Of a stretch of DNA of 64,000 nt, positions 1 through 12,750 are shown piece by piece. Location: NCBI RefSeq assembly GCF_006345805.1, contig NC_042999.1, positions 63,736,001 to 63,800,000 on the forward strand, given 5' to 3'. The stretch comes from Octopus sinensis (Eukaryota). Position 1 is the stretch's first letter. Each line of letters opens with the position of its first letter. Both the position numbers and the translations under genes were made by a program. Under the pieces are notes generated by a model, which saw only the letters and a program-made list of their open reading frames with translations, ran no database searches and was not told the DNA's origin.

Positions 1-71
1 GACTGTAGTCCACAAACTGAAATTTCGTATGTATATATGATGTGATGTGTAAAGTCGTATGGTGTAGTGTA

Positions 72-335
72 GAGAGAGGAGATGAGGGAAGAGGAGAGAG
101 GGGATGGGGGAGAAAGAAAGGGGAGAAGAGGGGAGAAGGAAAGGGGAGAAGAGGAGAGGGAAGGGGGAGACGGAAGGAGAGGAGAAGAGGAGGGGAGAGG
201 AGGAGGGAGGATAGAGGGAGAGGGGGCGGAGAGAGAAGGGGAGTGAGGGAGCAGAGAGAAAGAGGGAAGGGGAAGAAGGAAGAAGGAGGGAGGGAGAAAG
301 AGAGAAGAAGGGAAGAGGAGTAGGGGTGAAAGGAT
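72..335 (+). repeat. Low-complexity G/A polypurine tract
   Basis: About 260 nt almost entirely G and A. Confidence 0.9.
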
Positions 336-1079
336 GAAGGACTATGGATCTAAACAATATGTAAAAAAAATAAATTCATTGTTTCTGTTATTCTCTATGA
401 AAATTATATTATAACTGATTTTAAATGACTTGAAAGATTGTATGCTACGATATTTGGAATTTGATTTAGAAAACATTAAGGAATCAGAGTAGACGTGGAA
501 GAAGATATTTTTGATATATAAATACATTTGTGACGTTCATACTTTCTGAAAAGAGATAAACATCATAAAAGAACTGGTTACTAATAGGAATCGAAACCGG
601 GTGGTGAATTTGGCTCTCTAAGCTCTTACACAAAATATCCGGCTCACGCCATGCGGAAGAAAGATTGTTGTGCTTATATCACCGTTAATCGAGATATGAA
701 CGACCGGTAAGATATTTACAGCAATAGACTCAATAAACTAATAAATAATTGATAATAAAACAACAGAAAATAATTAAAAATGCAATCTCAATTTATATTT
801 TACTAACTAATTTTATAATGCTTTTATATAAAATTTATAAACTTTGTATTACTGTATGCAACATGGTAATTAGATTGCCTATGATTTTAAACCAAAAGTT
901 TTGTATTTAATAAACCATGTGGCTGAATCACTGGCAACAATAATGAATTTGCTTCGTATTTACCTTCCCATATTTACCTGTGTTTGATGTATTGAGTGGT
1001 TTAATTAATAATGAATTTGATTATTTTTAAATTAATTAAAATAATTAATAAATGCAAGTATTTTTGTCTTATTTAAGTG

Positions 1080-1208
1080 AGACGCATTTATCGCGCATCA
1101 TTATAGCTATACGGTAACTTCCGGTTTAAGACCCACATGGTACACAGGGAGCGATAGAGGCAAGACCGATAGTGTTCCCTATATTTTCTACCCGGTGTGT
1201 TGTTGCAG
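1080..1208 (+). promoter_or_regulatory. CpG-enriched candidate promoter with ETS-type motif ACTTCCGG (1117-1124)
   Basis: Local CpG excess against an AT-rich background; ETS/GABP-like core about 270 nt upstream of the ATG, typical of housekeeping promoters. TSS not determinable. Confidence 0.45.
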
Positions 1209-1396
1209 TATGAAATACTGCTTAGTATTTACTATGTACGAAGAAAATAATGGTATCTTGCCGTTCGATGGTTTGAAGAAACGCCTTCCGTTCGGATATT
1301 GCAACAGTCAGACATTATATATTGGGTCCCGTGGTGAATGAATGTCCTCATTGCCACTGTTTCTCCTCCTTTCTTGATAATTTGGAAGTTAACAGC

Positions 1397-1453
1397 ATGG
1401 ACATGGACGACTTGAACTCTTGGTTTGACTCTAACTATCAGAATGACTCCCAG
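1397..1453 (+). CDS. ICE1: Coding exon 1, MDMDDLNSWFDSNYQNDSQ (start codon provisional)
   Basis: First ATG in this frame after a TGA at 1274; strong donor CAG|GTAAGT at 1454, phase 0. Confidence 0.7.
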
Positions 1454-1499
1454 GTAAGTACTGCAGATACTCGCGTACACACGTTTTATTCAGCTGTAA

Positions 1500-2005
1500 C
1501 GTAAACACACACACATATATGTACAACTACTGATGTAAATCTGTACACACACGTGTGTATATATATTTATGTATGTATATATGTATGTATATATGTATGT
1601 ACGTATATATGTATGTATGTATATATGTATGTATGTATATATGTATATGTATATATGTATATATATATATATGTATATATATATGTATGTATATATATAT
1701 GTATGTATATATATATGTATGTATATATATATATATATATATGTATGTATATAATATATATATATGTATGTATATACTTACTTTGATACTTTATAGGTTC
1801 GGCCATTATTGGCCCAGGCCATGTCTAACTTAATAGCACCACCTGGTGAAGTCTTTCAGTCAGAATTTGGGCACTATGGCCCACTCAAGTATATATATAT
1901 GTATGTATATATATATGTATGTATATATATATGTATGTATATATTATATATGTATGTATGTATATATATATGTAGTATGTATATATATGTATGTATATAT
2001 ATATG

Positions 2006-2037
<32 letters not shown>

Positions 2038-2103
2038 TGTATGTATGTATATATATATGTATGTATATATATATGTATGTATGTATATATATATATATGT
2101 ATG

Positions 2104-2140
<37 letters not shown>

Positions 2141-2664
2141 GTATGTATATATATATATATATGTATGTATATATATATGTATGTATATATATATATGTAT
2201 GTATATATATATATGTATATATATATATATGTATGTATATATATATATATGTATGTATATATATATGTATGTATATATATATATATGTATGTATAGTATA
2301 TATGTATTATATATATATATGTAATGTATATAATATGTATGTATATAGTATATATATATGTATGTATGTAATATATATATATGTATGTATATATATATAT
2401 ATATGTATGTATTAATATATATATGTATGTAATATATAATATATGTATGTAATATATATATGTATGTATGTATATATATATGTATGTAATATATATGTAT
2501 GTATATATATATATTATGTATGTATATATATTAGTGTATGTATATATATATATGTATGTATATATATATATATGTATGTATATATATATATATGTATGTA
2601 TATATATATATATGTATGTATATATATATATGTGTATGTATATATATATATGTATGTAATATAT

Positions 2665-2696
<32 letters not shown>

Positions 2697-2793
2697 TATA
2701 TATATGTATGTATATATATATATATGTTGTATATTAATATATAATATAGTATGTATATAATATATATATGTATGTATATATAATATATATGTG

Positions 2794-2829
<36 letters not shown>

Positions 2830-3482
2830 TATGTATGTATATATATATATATATGTATTATATATATATATGTAATGTATATTATATATATATATGTATT
2901 ATATATATAATGTATATAATATATATATATGTATATTATATATATGTATATATATGTATAGATATGTATATATATTAATATATATGTATATATATATTAT
3001 ATATGTATATATATATATATTGATATATATATATATATTGTATATATATATATTGTATATGTGTGTATATGTATATATGTGTATATATGTGTATATATGT
3101 ATATGTATATATATATGTATATATATATGTATATATATATGTATATATATATATATATATAATATATGTATATATATATATATATGTATTATATATTATA
3201 TGTATGTATATATATTATATGTATGTATATATATATATGTATGTATAATATATATATGTATGTATATATATATATGTATGTATATATATATATGTATGTA
3301 TATATATATATATATGTTATGTATATATAATATGTTATATATTATATATATAGTATGTATATATATATATGTATAATATATATATATGTATGTATATATA
3401 TATATGTATGTATATATATATATGTATATATATATATATAATGTATATATATATATATATGTATGTATATATATATGTATGT

Positions 3483-3516
<34 letters not shown>

Positions 3517-3540
3517 GTATATATATGTAGTATATATATG

Positions 3541-3572
<32 letters not shown>

Positions 3573-4063
3573 TATGTATATATATATGTATGTATTATAT
3601 ATATGTATGTATATATATATTGTATTATATATATATATATGTATATATTATATATATATGTAATGTATATATATAGTATATGTATATGTATATATATATG
3701 TATATTATATGTATGGTGATATGTATATATATATGTATATATATATTGTATATATATATGTAATATATATATATATGTTATATATATATATATGTATGTA
3801 TGTATATATATATATGTATGTATTATATATATATATATGTATGTATGTATATAATGTATGTATGTATATATATATGTATGTATGTATATATATATGTATG
3901 TTATATATATATATATGTATGTATATATATATGTATATATATTATATATATATGTATTATATATATATGTATATATATATATATATGTATGTATATATAT
4001 ATATAGTATGTATATATATATATATATATAAATTATATATATATATATATATGTATATATATG

Positions 4064-4101
<38 letters not shown>

Positions 4102-4160
4102 GTATGTATATATATATATATATGTATGTATATATATATATATATATAATATATATAATA

Positions 4161-4205
<45 letters not shown>

Positions 4206-4302
4206 ATATATATATAATATATATATATATATATGTATATATGTATATATATATATGTATATATATGTATATATATATATATATATTATTATATATATAT
4301 AT

Positions 4303-4359
<57 letters not shown>

Positions 4360-5125
4360 TATATATATATATATGTATGTATATATGTATGTATATATTA
4401 TGATGTATGTATGTATATATGTATATATGTATATATATATGTATATATGTATGTATATATATATGTATGTATGTATATATGTATATATGTATATATATAT
4501 GTTATATATATATGTATATATGTATATATATGTATATATATATGTTATATATGTATATATATGTATATATATGTATATATATATGTATGTATATATGATA
4601 TATATATGTATATATATATGTATATATATATGTATGTATAATATGTATGTATATATGTATATATATATGTATATGTATATATATATATGTATGTATATGT
4701 ATATGTATATGTATATATATATGTATATGTATTATATATGTATATGTATATTATATGTATATGTATATATATATGTATATGTATATATATATATACATGT
4801 ATATGTATATATATATATACATGTATATGTATATATATATATACATGTATATGTATATATATATATACATGTATATGTATATATATATATACATGTATAT
4901 GTATATATATATATACATGTATATGTATATATATATATACATGTATATGTATATATATATATACATGTATATTATATATATATATACATGTATATGTATA
5001 TATATATTACATGTATATGTATATATATATATACATGTATATGTATATATATATATATACATGTATATTGTATATATATATATACATATATACATATATA
5101 TATACATATATATATACATATATGG
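1500..5125. repeat. About 3.6-kb compound (TA)n/(TATG)n microsatellite with a 24-nt higher-order unit at 4796-4963
   Basis: Near-continuous purine-pyrimidine alternation, broken by a unique island at about 1775-1890; catgtatatgtatatatatatata occurs 7 times at exact 24-nt spacing. Confidence 0.95.
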
Positions 5126-5825
5126 ACTCGAATGTATATAAGCCCCAATATATATTCCACTTCATAAATATACAGTCTCGGGAATATATTTGTGAAATGT
5201 TATTTTTCTTACGTCATGTTTAAATTTACCGCTTTACAGTCCCTTTCTCTTTTGATAGTTGTCATGCCCCCTAGTCAATCTTGATTGAGCAGGTCCTTGC
5301 ATGAAGATATTCCAGATATGACCATCTCGCATTTTTGAATATCAGAACCTACATTGTTCAAAATATCCATCGTTTTCCTTTTTAAGATCACAGAGTATGA
5401 TTTGAGTTAAATTTTAGCTGGTATTTCTAGCAGGTCGAGCGTTTAGGTGTCATCGTTAGCTCTTTCTCTATTGAGTTTTAAAGTTGGTAAACTTTCTCAA
5501 TTGTTTGTGAACCTCTTTTTTTTTTTCCACTGAAAATGTCTTGTTTTTTTTTTTCATAACATTTACGTTATGAAAATTTTACCCCCATCGCCCATTTTTT
5601 GCCTTCGTTTTCATTCTTACAATACGCTATTATCCATTGTATTAAAATGAATGAACCAATAAAAGTAAGCATGAAACGTTCTCTTTCGTTTTTGCGATGA
5701 AGGCTTCTTTCTATGTAGTCGCTCGACCTTTTAGAAACTGCAGCCAAACCCCCATCAGATCATGTCCTACCGTCTTAAATAATAAAGGGACGCATTCGAA
5801 AATGCAGTTGTATGTCCCTCTAAAG

Positions 5826-6056
5826 CAATGGTTCTCAACGATTTTTTGACTATGGCATCCTTTGATTCCTATTTTACTCCTTTCATCATAGCCATTCAAT
5901 GTTTAAAATATCCTATTATATTTTTATAATTAAATATTATTAAGAACTGTTTAAAATAATGTTAAAATAGTTTGTGTGTTGTAGAACTATAAACTTATTT
6001 ACTGCACATTAATTTTTACAAGAAAATCTTATATGGGCCCTGGTTCAGAACCACTG
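5826..6056. mobile_element. hAT (Charlie-like) MITE, 231 bp
   Basis: TIRs CAATGGTTCTCAAC / GTTCAGAACCACTG; 8-bp TSD ctctaaag (5818) and ctcgaaag (6057), 7/8 identical. Confidence 0.8.
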
Positions 6057-9000
6057 CTCGAAAGTGACGTTATGGGCACCAGATGGAATGGTTTTGGCTG
6101 AAATGGGGACAGTAGTAATATTTAACAAGAGTAGTGTAAGACGTTGACAGTTCCTTCTATCTCAAACTTTGACAGGATCATTTCCCCAGGAAGAAATTTT
6201 GTCTGCTTTCAAATTTGAATCTGCAGTGTCTCTTTAGACCTGTAGAAACAGTGGTTTAATCATTAGGCTCACCATCATCATCCGTTTTCCGTGCTGGCAT
6301 GGCTTGGACGGTTTGACTGAGGTCTGGAGAGCCAGTGGCTGCACCAGGCTCCAGTCTGATCTGGCAATGTTTCTACAGCTGGATGCCCTTCCTAACGCCA
6401 ACCACTCTGAGAGTGTAGTGGGTGGTTTTTATGTGCCACCGGCACAGGAGCCAGTCAGGTGGGCCTAGCATCGACCACGTTTGGATAGTGCTTTCTACGG
6501 GAGCCAGTCGGGGGGAACTGGCCACAAAACAGTAATCTAATGTTGGTGATACGATAAAATACATCCAGAACACTGAGTAATTTTTTTTTTATATAAAAAA
6601 ATACTTTCTTTTACTAAGCAACATGTTTTAGAAGAAGTGAAGAAAATAACTAAAAGTATAAATGATCAAATTATCAAGAAAACATTCACAATTACCTCAA
6701 TAAGGAAAAAGAGGAAGAAATTGGCTGGTAGTAGAACTAACAGTGTAGGGTTGATAAAACATCTTAGCTGCATCGAGGATATGACAACCTCTGTTGTGCT
6801 GGTGCTATGGAAACAATGCACCCAGTACACTCTGTAAAGTGATTGGCATTAGGAAGGGCATCAAAACAGACACCTTGCCAGAGATAGAACATACTGTAAG
6901 CCAGACATAGTCATCTATCCTATTTTGGAGGGCAGTAGCTCAGATAATGACCACCTGTCTAATCCATGTCAGCATGGCAAATGGATGCAAAATGATCGTG
7001 ATAATGATGCACAACTATGAATTCGTAAAATTAAAGATGCTTTTTTTTTTGTTTCTCAGCACAGATGTACACACCCCACCCCACAGGTGCTACAAAGGTT
7101 CCCTGTTTCTGCTCTGTATGGTCACTCAAATAGCAGCTAAATCTCCCTCAAAACACACCCCTACCACTTTATTTTAAAAGCAGAATAAACCATTAAATAA
7201 TGTGGTATGCAATGCTTGAAAAATAGATGGTAAAGTGTTGGTTGGATTGCTTTTAATCACGAGTATTTTGCTCTATCAGGGCTGGCTTAGAGTTAAATAA
7301 TTGTCTTTTATTTATCAGTTGGTAGTCTCACAGGTTAACTTTCTGTGGTATAACTCTGAGACAGCTGTATTTCGTCTGCCGTTACATTCTGAGTTCAAAT
7401 TCTGCCGAGGTCGACTTTGCCTTTCATCCTTTCGGGGTCGATAAATTAAGTACCAGTTACGCACTGGGGTCGATATAATCGACTTAATCTGTTTGTCTGT
7501 CTTTGTTTGTCCTCTCTGTGTTTAGCCCCTTGTGGGCAATGAAGAAATAGGTATTGAACCTGAAATCATGCGGTTGGGAAGCAAATTTCTTGACTGCACC
7601 CCTGCATTTTAAGCCTCACAATGAAAAAAAATTTTAAGATGAAAGATCATCTGAAAGTGTGACGGGTTCAGTTTATTTCCACAGTATATATTTCAACATC
7701 CATAGTCCTTGTTATTACATGACACCCCCATACCCCGTGCATCCATACTCATATGCAACACTTCTGAGCACTAGTACAACACGCTAATTTACTCTACTTC
7801 TCACACTGCAGTCATGGCTATGTAGTTATGTTAACTTAGTAACCATTTGGATCTAGTTATGATCCCATTGCTTGGCACCTTAACCATGTATTGTAACTGT
7901 AGCCACAAGCTAACTAATACCTTGTGGGTGGAGATGTATGTGTGTGTGTGTGTGTGTATGTGTTTGACACAACACTGTTGATTGGTAAACAAGTATTGAT
8001 GTGTTACAATGTCTAATTTGACAATTCAATAAAGACTGAAGTAAATAGTTTAGAAATGAGCTACGAAAAACTCTTGAAAGTAATGGGACTCATGGACATA
8101 GCCCCAAAATTGGAACCTTCAAAAGGACATATGACAGGCTTCCACACAGTTTCTATCTACTGAATTTAATTTGTAAATCTTTAATTAGATCAGAACTATG
8201 GTGAAAACACTTGTCTGAGGTGCCAAGAGGTGGGACCTAACCTAAAACCTTATGATTTTGAAATAAACAACCATGTAGGATTCTTTTAAAATATAAAACT
8301 GGATTGTTTTATTTATTTCACAAGAGATAAAGGGTCATTTGATTGACTCACTCACTAGTACACTATAATACTGACCCACAGACACACTTTCTCTTCTGTC
8401 TACTATACAAATAGCCTCTGCTTCTCTGTTTCTACAAAGATATACATGACCTAATGCATGTCTTCCACCTTCTCCTCCAGTCACTCCAATTGCATCACTG
8501 TCCAGATTCCTGTATACTAGATACTTACCTAATTCTTTCATACCAATGTTGCAACACTATGGAATTTCCTTCTCTTCTACAGAGTTTTCCTTCAGGCATC
8601 AATCTTCAGATGCTCAAACTTAACATCAGCCCCTTCAGTTTCGCTTGTCTGGAATGAACACTGATTAATTGACCTTCCCCTCCACTTGCTAAACTCATCT
8701 TGGACTTATATATACCTCTGGAACAGTTTTCCTACTGAACAATCAATCTGATTGACAAGAAAAGCTTAAAACTGGCCTGACTTCACCCAATTATTCTGAT
8801 CTTTTAGTCTAGTGAAGTCTAAAGCGGTTTTAAGCTCAAATATTTTCAGGTTTTGAAACAGAAGGTCAGCTTTTGTGAAAACATTTTGCTGGGTGAAGAA
8901 TGCTGGGTTATCCATCAAAGATTTCTACAACCTTTTATTCTGCGACTAGTGGAAGAGAGAGAGAGTACATCCTCAAACTAGAGATGTAACCTGAGGTGTT

Positions 9001-10811
9001 TGCAGCACAGTGTAACCACTAAATGCACTCCATGTGCTAGGCAGTGGCATTAAACTAGGTAGCATAATCACAAGATTACTGAAAATTGATAGAGATATTC
9101 AATGTTGGTTGTGTGTTATTCCTGAGTTGTAGAATTGTAGTGTTATTAGATGTTATGTCTTCGTTGTAGTGTGTTGTGGACGTCAACATTCATTAAAGAA
9201 TGCACAGACTTGACGAACCCTGATCAAGTTAGGCGTTTCAGAATACAGGGAGATAACAACATTGATTGTAACCAGATTTATCTCCTCTTACATTAATTTG
9301 ATAACGAAGCAGCTGCTTAAAATTAAGAATTCTTGGCTTAACAAAGTCAATTAGATAATAATAAACATCACGTTGGTTTGGATGTAATCCCATAATTTTG
9401 AATCAGGAATTCATAATTTACAAACCGTGATACAGTAGGGAATCCTCCTCCTCCTCATCACCACCACCACCATCGTTTAACATTCGCCTTCCATGCTAGC
9501 ATGAGTGGGAGGGTTTCACAAGGCCTGCATCAGACTTCTGTGACTGTTTTGGCAGGATTTTTACAGCTGGATGCCCTTCTTAACACCAACCATTCAGCAA
9601 AATGGACTTAGTGCTTTTTACGTGCCACAAGCACAGGCGAGGTCAGTTTTGGCAAGGTTTTAACAGCTGGATGCCCTTCTGAGCACCAGTCACTTTACAG
9701 TGTGGACTGGGTGCTTTTAAGTGGCACCTGCACTGACAGGGTCACCAAGTACTTGCAGGACAAAAAAAAATGCTTTCAAGAGGGGAGGAGGTGATCTTGC
9801 TTTGGATTATGAATAGTGAGACAGAAACATGTGTCTTGCTGTAGAGGAAGTACAAGGTTACCCAGCCAGAGAGAGAAAGATCAGGAATGAAGACAGAGGG
9901 AAGTGCAGGAGAAGGAGCGAGAGAGTGGGAGACAGCAGGATAGAGAAGGTGGCAAAATACCAGGCATATTCACAAGGAATGGGGATCAGAATATAAATGG
10001 GATGGTTGAGTAAAGGAAGGGAGAAATATAGACGATGGCAAGTGCCAGGGCATACCCTTGAGGTTCAAATGCCAATATATAAGTGGCAGGATATTACGAA
10101 GGGAGTGTAATTAAAGAGTGCAAGTAAGTGGCGAAAGACCTGGGTATGTATAGAGTTGGTGGGGCTACTGGATAGCCTTGATATAGAGGGACAGGGGTGT
10201 GAGGACAGGATTGGGGAGTGAGAGCTAGGCATAGTGTATGAAGGAGTTACATGTGGGTAGAACACACAGGTTGGAGGCTAACAGATGGCAAATATAGAGT
10301 AAGACAGAGCATGTGGGTAGAACACACAGGTTGGGGGAAAGCAGAGAGCAATGATACAATGGTACAGGGCCAAGAGGACAGGATTTAGTAGCCTGAGGTA
10401 ACCAAAGTATATTGAAGCGGAAATGTGAGAAAGAGATGTAGAGACGTAGTTTGGTTTGTTGTAGTAAAGTGTGGGTGGGACACAGTGCTCCTAGAACTCA
10501 GTTTTGCTGATGTGGCCAAGGACTTCATATTTCCTGACATCTCAGTCCATTGTCATTTCCCCCGTAAGGCCCATCTTCCTGAAATTGGTCCTTACCTTTT
10601 CATCTCACATCTTCCTGGGCTTCCCTCTTCCACTTTCAGTGATCAGTACTTCTTTATGCAGCTGTTCTCATTCATATGCATCACATGTCCAAACCAGTGT
10701 AGTCTTCTCTCTTGCATGCTACATTTGATTCCTCTTGTGCCCTACTTTTCTCTCAATACATTTGCACTTTGCTGTACATGTGCACCGATGTTGCACATCC
10801 AACAGAGCATA

Positions 10812-12750
10812 CTATGCCACCCTGCGGGATTGAGCCAAAGTGGCATAGTACCAAGGGTCTGTTATCTAAACACTTCATAACCAAAAATTTACTGAACATA
10901 GGAATAAAAATTCATAGGGTAGGAAGTAAGGCCAATAAGAAGTTCAATGCAATGGTAAAAAGAAGACATCCAAGTTTATTAAGTTCAGATTGCTTTTAGT
11001 TAATCCTGAAGCTCTCAAAAATTGTCGGCTGACGCATCTTCTTTTGGCGGATTTCATTCATTTCATTGTCTAGCCTATCACACGCCTGCATGACGCTGGG
11101 TTTTCCACTGCTCTGCTGCTGCATAAACTTTTGGATAGTGCTCCATGCTCTCTGGGCATCTGCAAATGAAACGTATTCCTCTTCCACAATTACCTCGTCA
11201 TCTTCACTTTCCACCGGCTCTTCGTTATGCATTACCTCCTTTGCTATTTCTTCTAGAGTGAAAGATCCTCCAGTTACGAGGCGATCGTCAGCACTGAGAA
11301 AATCAAACAGCTCAATTGTTTCGTTCTCATGTGTCTTTTCCTCGGGAGGTAAAGCTTTCCAGATCTCGAGCAGCTCAGCATCCTCTGGCTCTATTTGTAT
11401 TTCCTCTTCAATAAACTTGGCTTTCGCGAAACAGTTCTTAATCGTCAATTCACTGACCTGCTCCCATGCACGCCGAGCAACGTGCAGAGAGTTGAGCAAT
11501 GTAAATTTAAACTCGTTTCCTTTGTCCATGGCTTCGAGACAGCGGGACAGCAAGAGCTTTTTGTAATGGTGCTTAAGATTTTGTATGATTCCTTGATCCA
11601 TTGGTTGGGAATTTGCTGTCGTGTTGGGCGGAAAGAAGAGCATTTGGATGTTGTCCAAGTGGACGTCAGAAGGGTGACCAGAGAAGTTATCGAGACAGAG
11701 CAACACTTTGCAGTTTTGCTGCCCGAGTTGTCTGTCCTACGTTTGTAATATTTCTTCAAAAATTTCTGCTGTCATCCACGCCTTCGAATTAGCCTTGTAC
11801 TTCACAGGAATCTCATTGTTCTTAAACGCACGAGGTTGCTTGGAATTTCCGATCACCAGAAGAGGTAGCTTCTTGCTGCCGCTTAAGTTTGCTCCGACCA
11901 AAAGAGTGATTCTTTGCTTGCTTTTCTTTCCCCCTGTGCACTGCACTCCCTTGAAAGCCATGGTCTTGTTCGGAAGTAGTTGCCAAAAGAGTCCAGTTTC
12001 GTCCAAGTTGAACACATCGTTCGCAGAAAACTGCCTGAGCAAGGGCCACAGAACCTCTTGTTGCCACTTAATAAGAGATTGAGAATTCACCGCTCCAGTT
12101 TCGCCCTGCACTGTCTTGAACGTGATGCCGTGACGATTTTTGAAATTGTCTCGCCAACCATTGCTTGCTATAAAGTTCGGAATGTGCATAAGCTCGGCCA
12201 GTTTAATTGCTTTCTTCTTCAAAAGTTCACCACTGACCGGCAGATTCTGTCCTCTTGCTTGTTTCAGCCACATTAGCATGCCATCATCGAGCTTCGGGTT
12301 GTGAGATTGCGTCAGCTTCATGCGCTTCGATGGAATTCCAACGTTGATGGCTGCCTCGATTGCATCCTTTTTGTTGAGAATGCCCCTCACTGTGGTTCTC
12401 TTGACTTCGATGCCCCATTTCTTGCTCATTTCTCTAGCCAGCTTAGACTGGTTCGGCTCGTTTTTCACAGCATTGATAATCTCCTTCTTTTCCCTCAGCG
12501 TAAACTCAGTCCGATTGCGTTTCTGAGCTGACATTGTGTGCTACTTTCTGAACTTTTCCACAAGATTACAAATACGAAATGTACAAAATGTAGGAGTACA
12601 AAATTTCGAAAAGTTGCGTGCGCTTCAGTTTACAAGTGGCATAGTAGCAAGAGTTGAGGGTGGCATAGTAAAAATTTTTTGTTTATTATTTGGCCGGGAC
12701 CATGCAAAACTGGCATAGTAGCGAGGTGGCATAGTAGCGAGAGTTGACTG
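10812..12750 (-). mobile_element. Tigger/pogo DNA transposon (Tc1/mariner superfamily) at a TA site
   Basis: Right end TA-CAGTCAACTCTCGCTACTATGCCAC (minus strand) with repeated subterminal TACTATGCCAC motifs at both ends; TA at 10810-10811 and 12751-12752; flanks rejoin into a continuous RTE frame. Confidence 0.92.
10996..12534 (-). pseudogene. Tigger-type transposase, 512 codons with one in-frame TAG at 11737-11739
   Basis: ORFs 11737..12534 and 10996..11706 share a frame. CENP-B-like HTH domains (FTLREKKEII, ASNGWRDNFKNRHGI) and DDD triad NLDETG / LDNFSGH / QPMDQG (DD30D). Confidence 0.92.

Noticed and set aside
42-323. 93-aa G/R/E-rich ORF
   Set aside because: Product of the polypurine tract; no splice or homology support.
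330-720. Possible divergent minus-strand gene (ATGGC|GTGAGC near 650, or MMFISFQK|GTATGA near 545-566)
   Set aside because: The first splice model stops after about 24 codons and the second cannot be extended within the window; not supportable.
1775-1890. Unique island in the microsatellite with acceptor-like ctttatag and an open frame ([31 protein letters not shown])
   Set aside because: No good donor gives a phase compatible with exon 2; possible cryptic or poison exon, but unsupported.
1553-5223. Many long Y/I/M/V/C-rich ORFs
   Set aside because: They are translations of (TA)n/(TATG)n microsatellite, which lacks stop codons in most frames.
9200-9270. Possible hammerhead ribozyme core (CTGA...GAAAC-like words)
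   Set aside because: The CUGANGA and GAAA elements are not in the right order on one strand with supporting stems.
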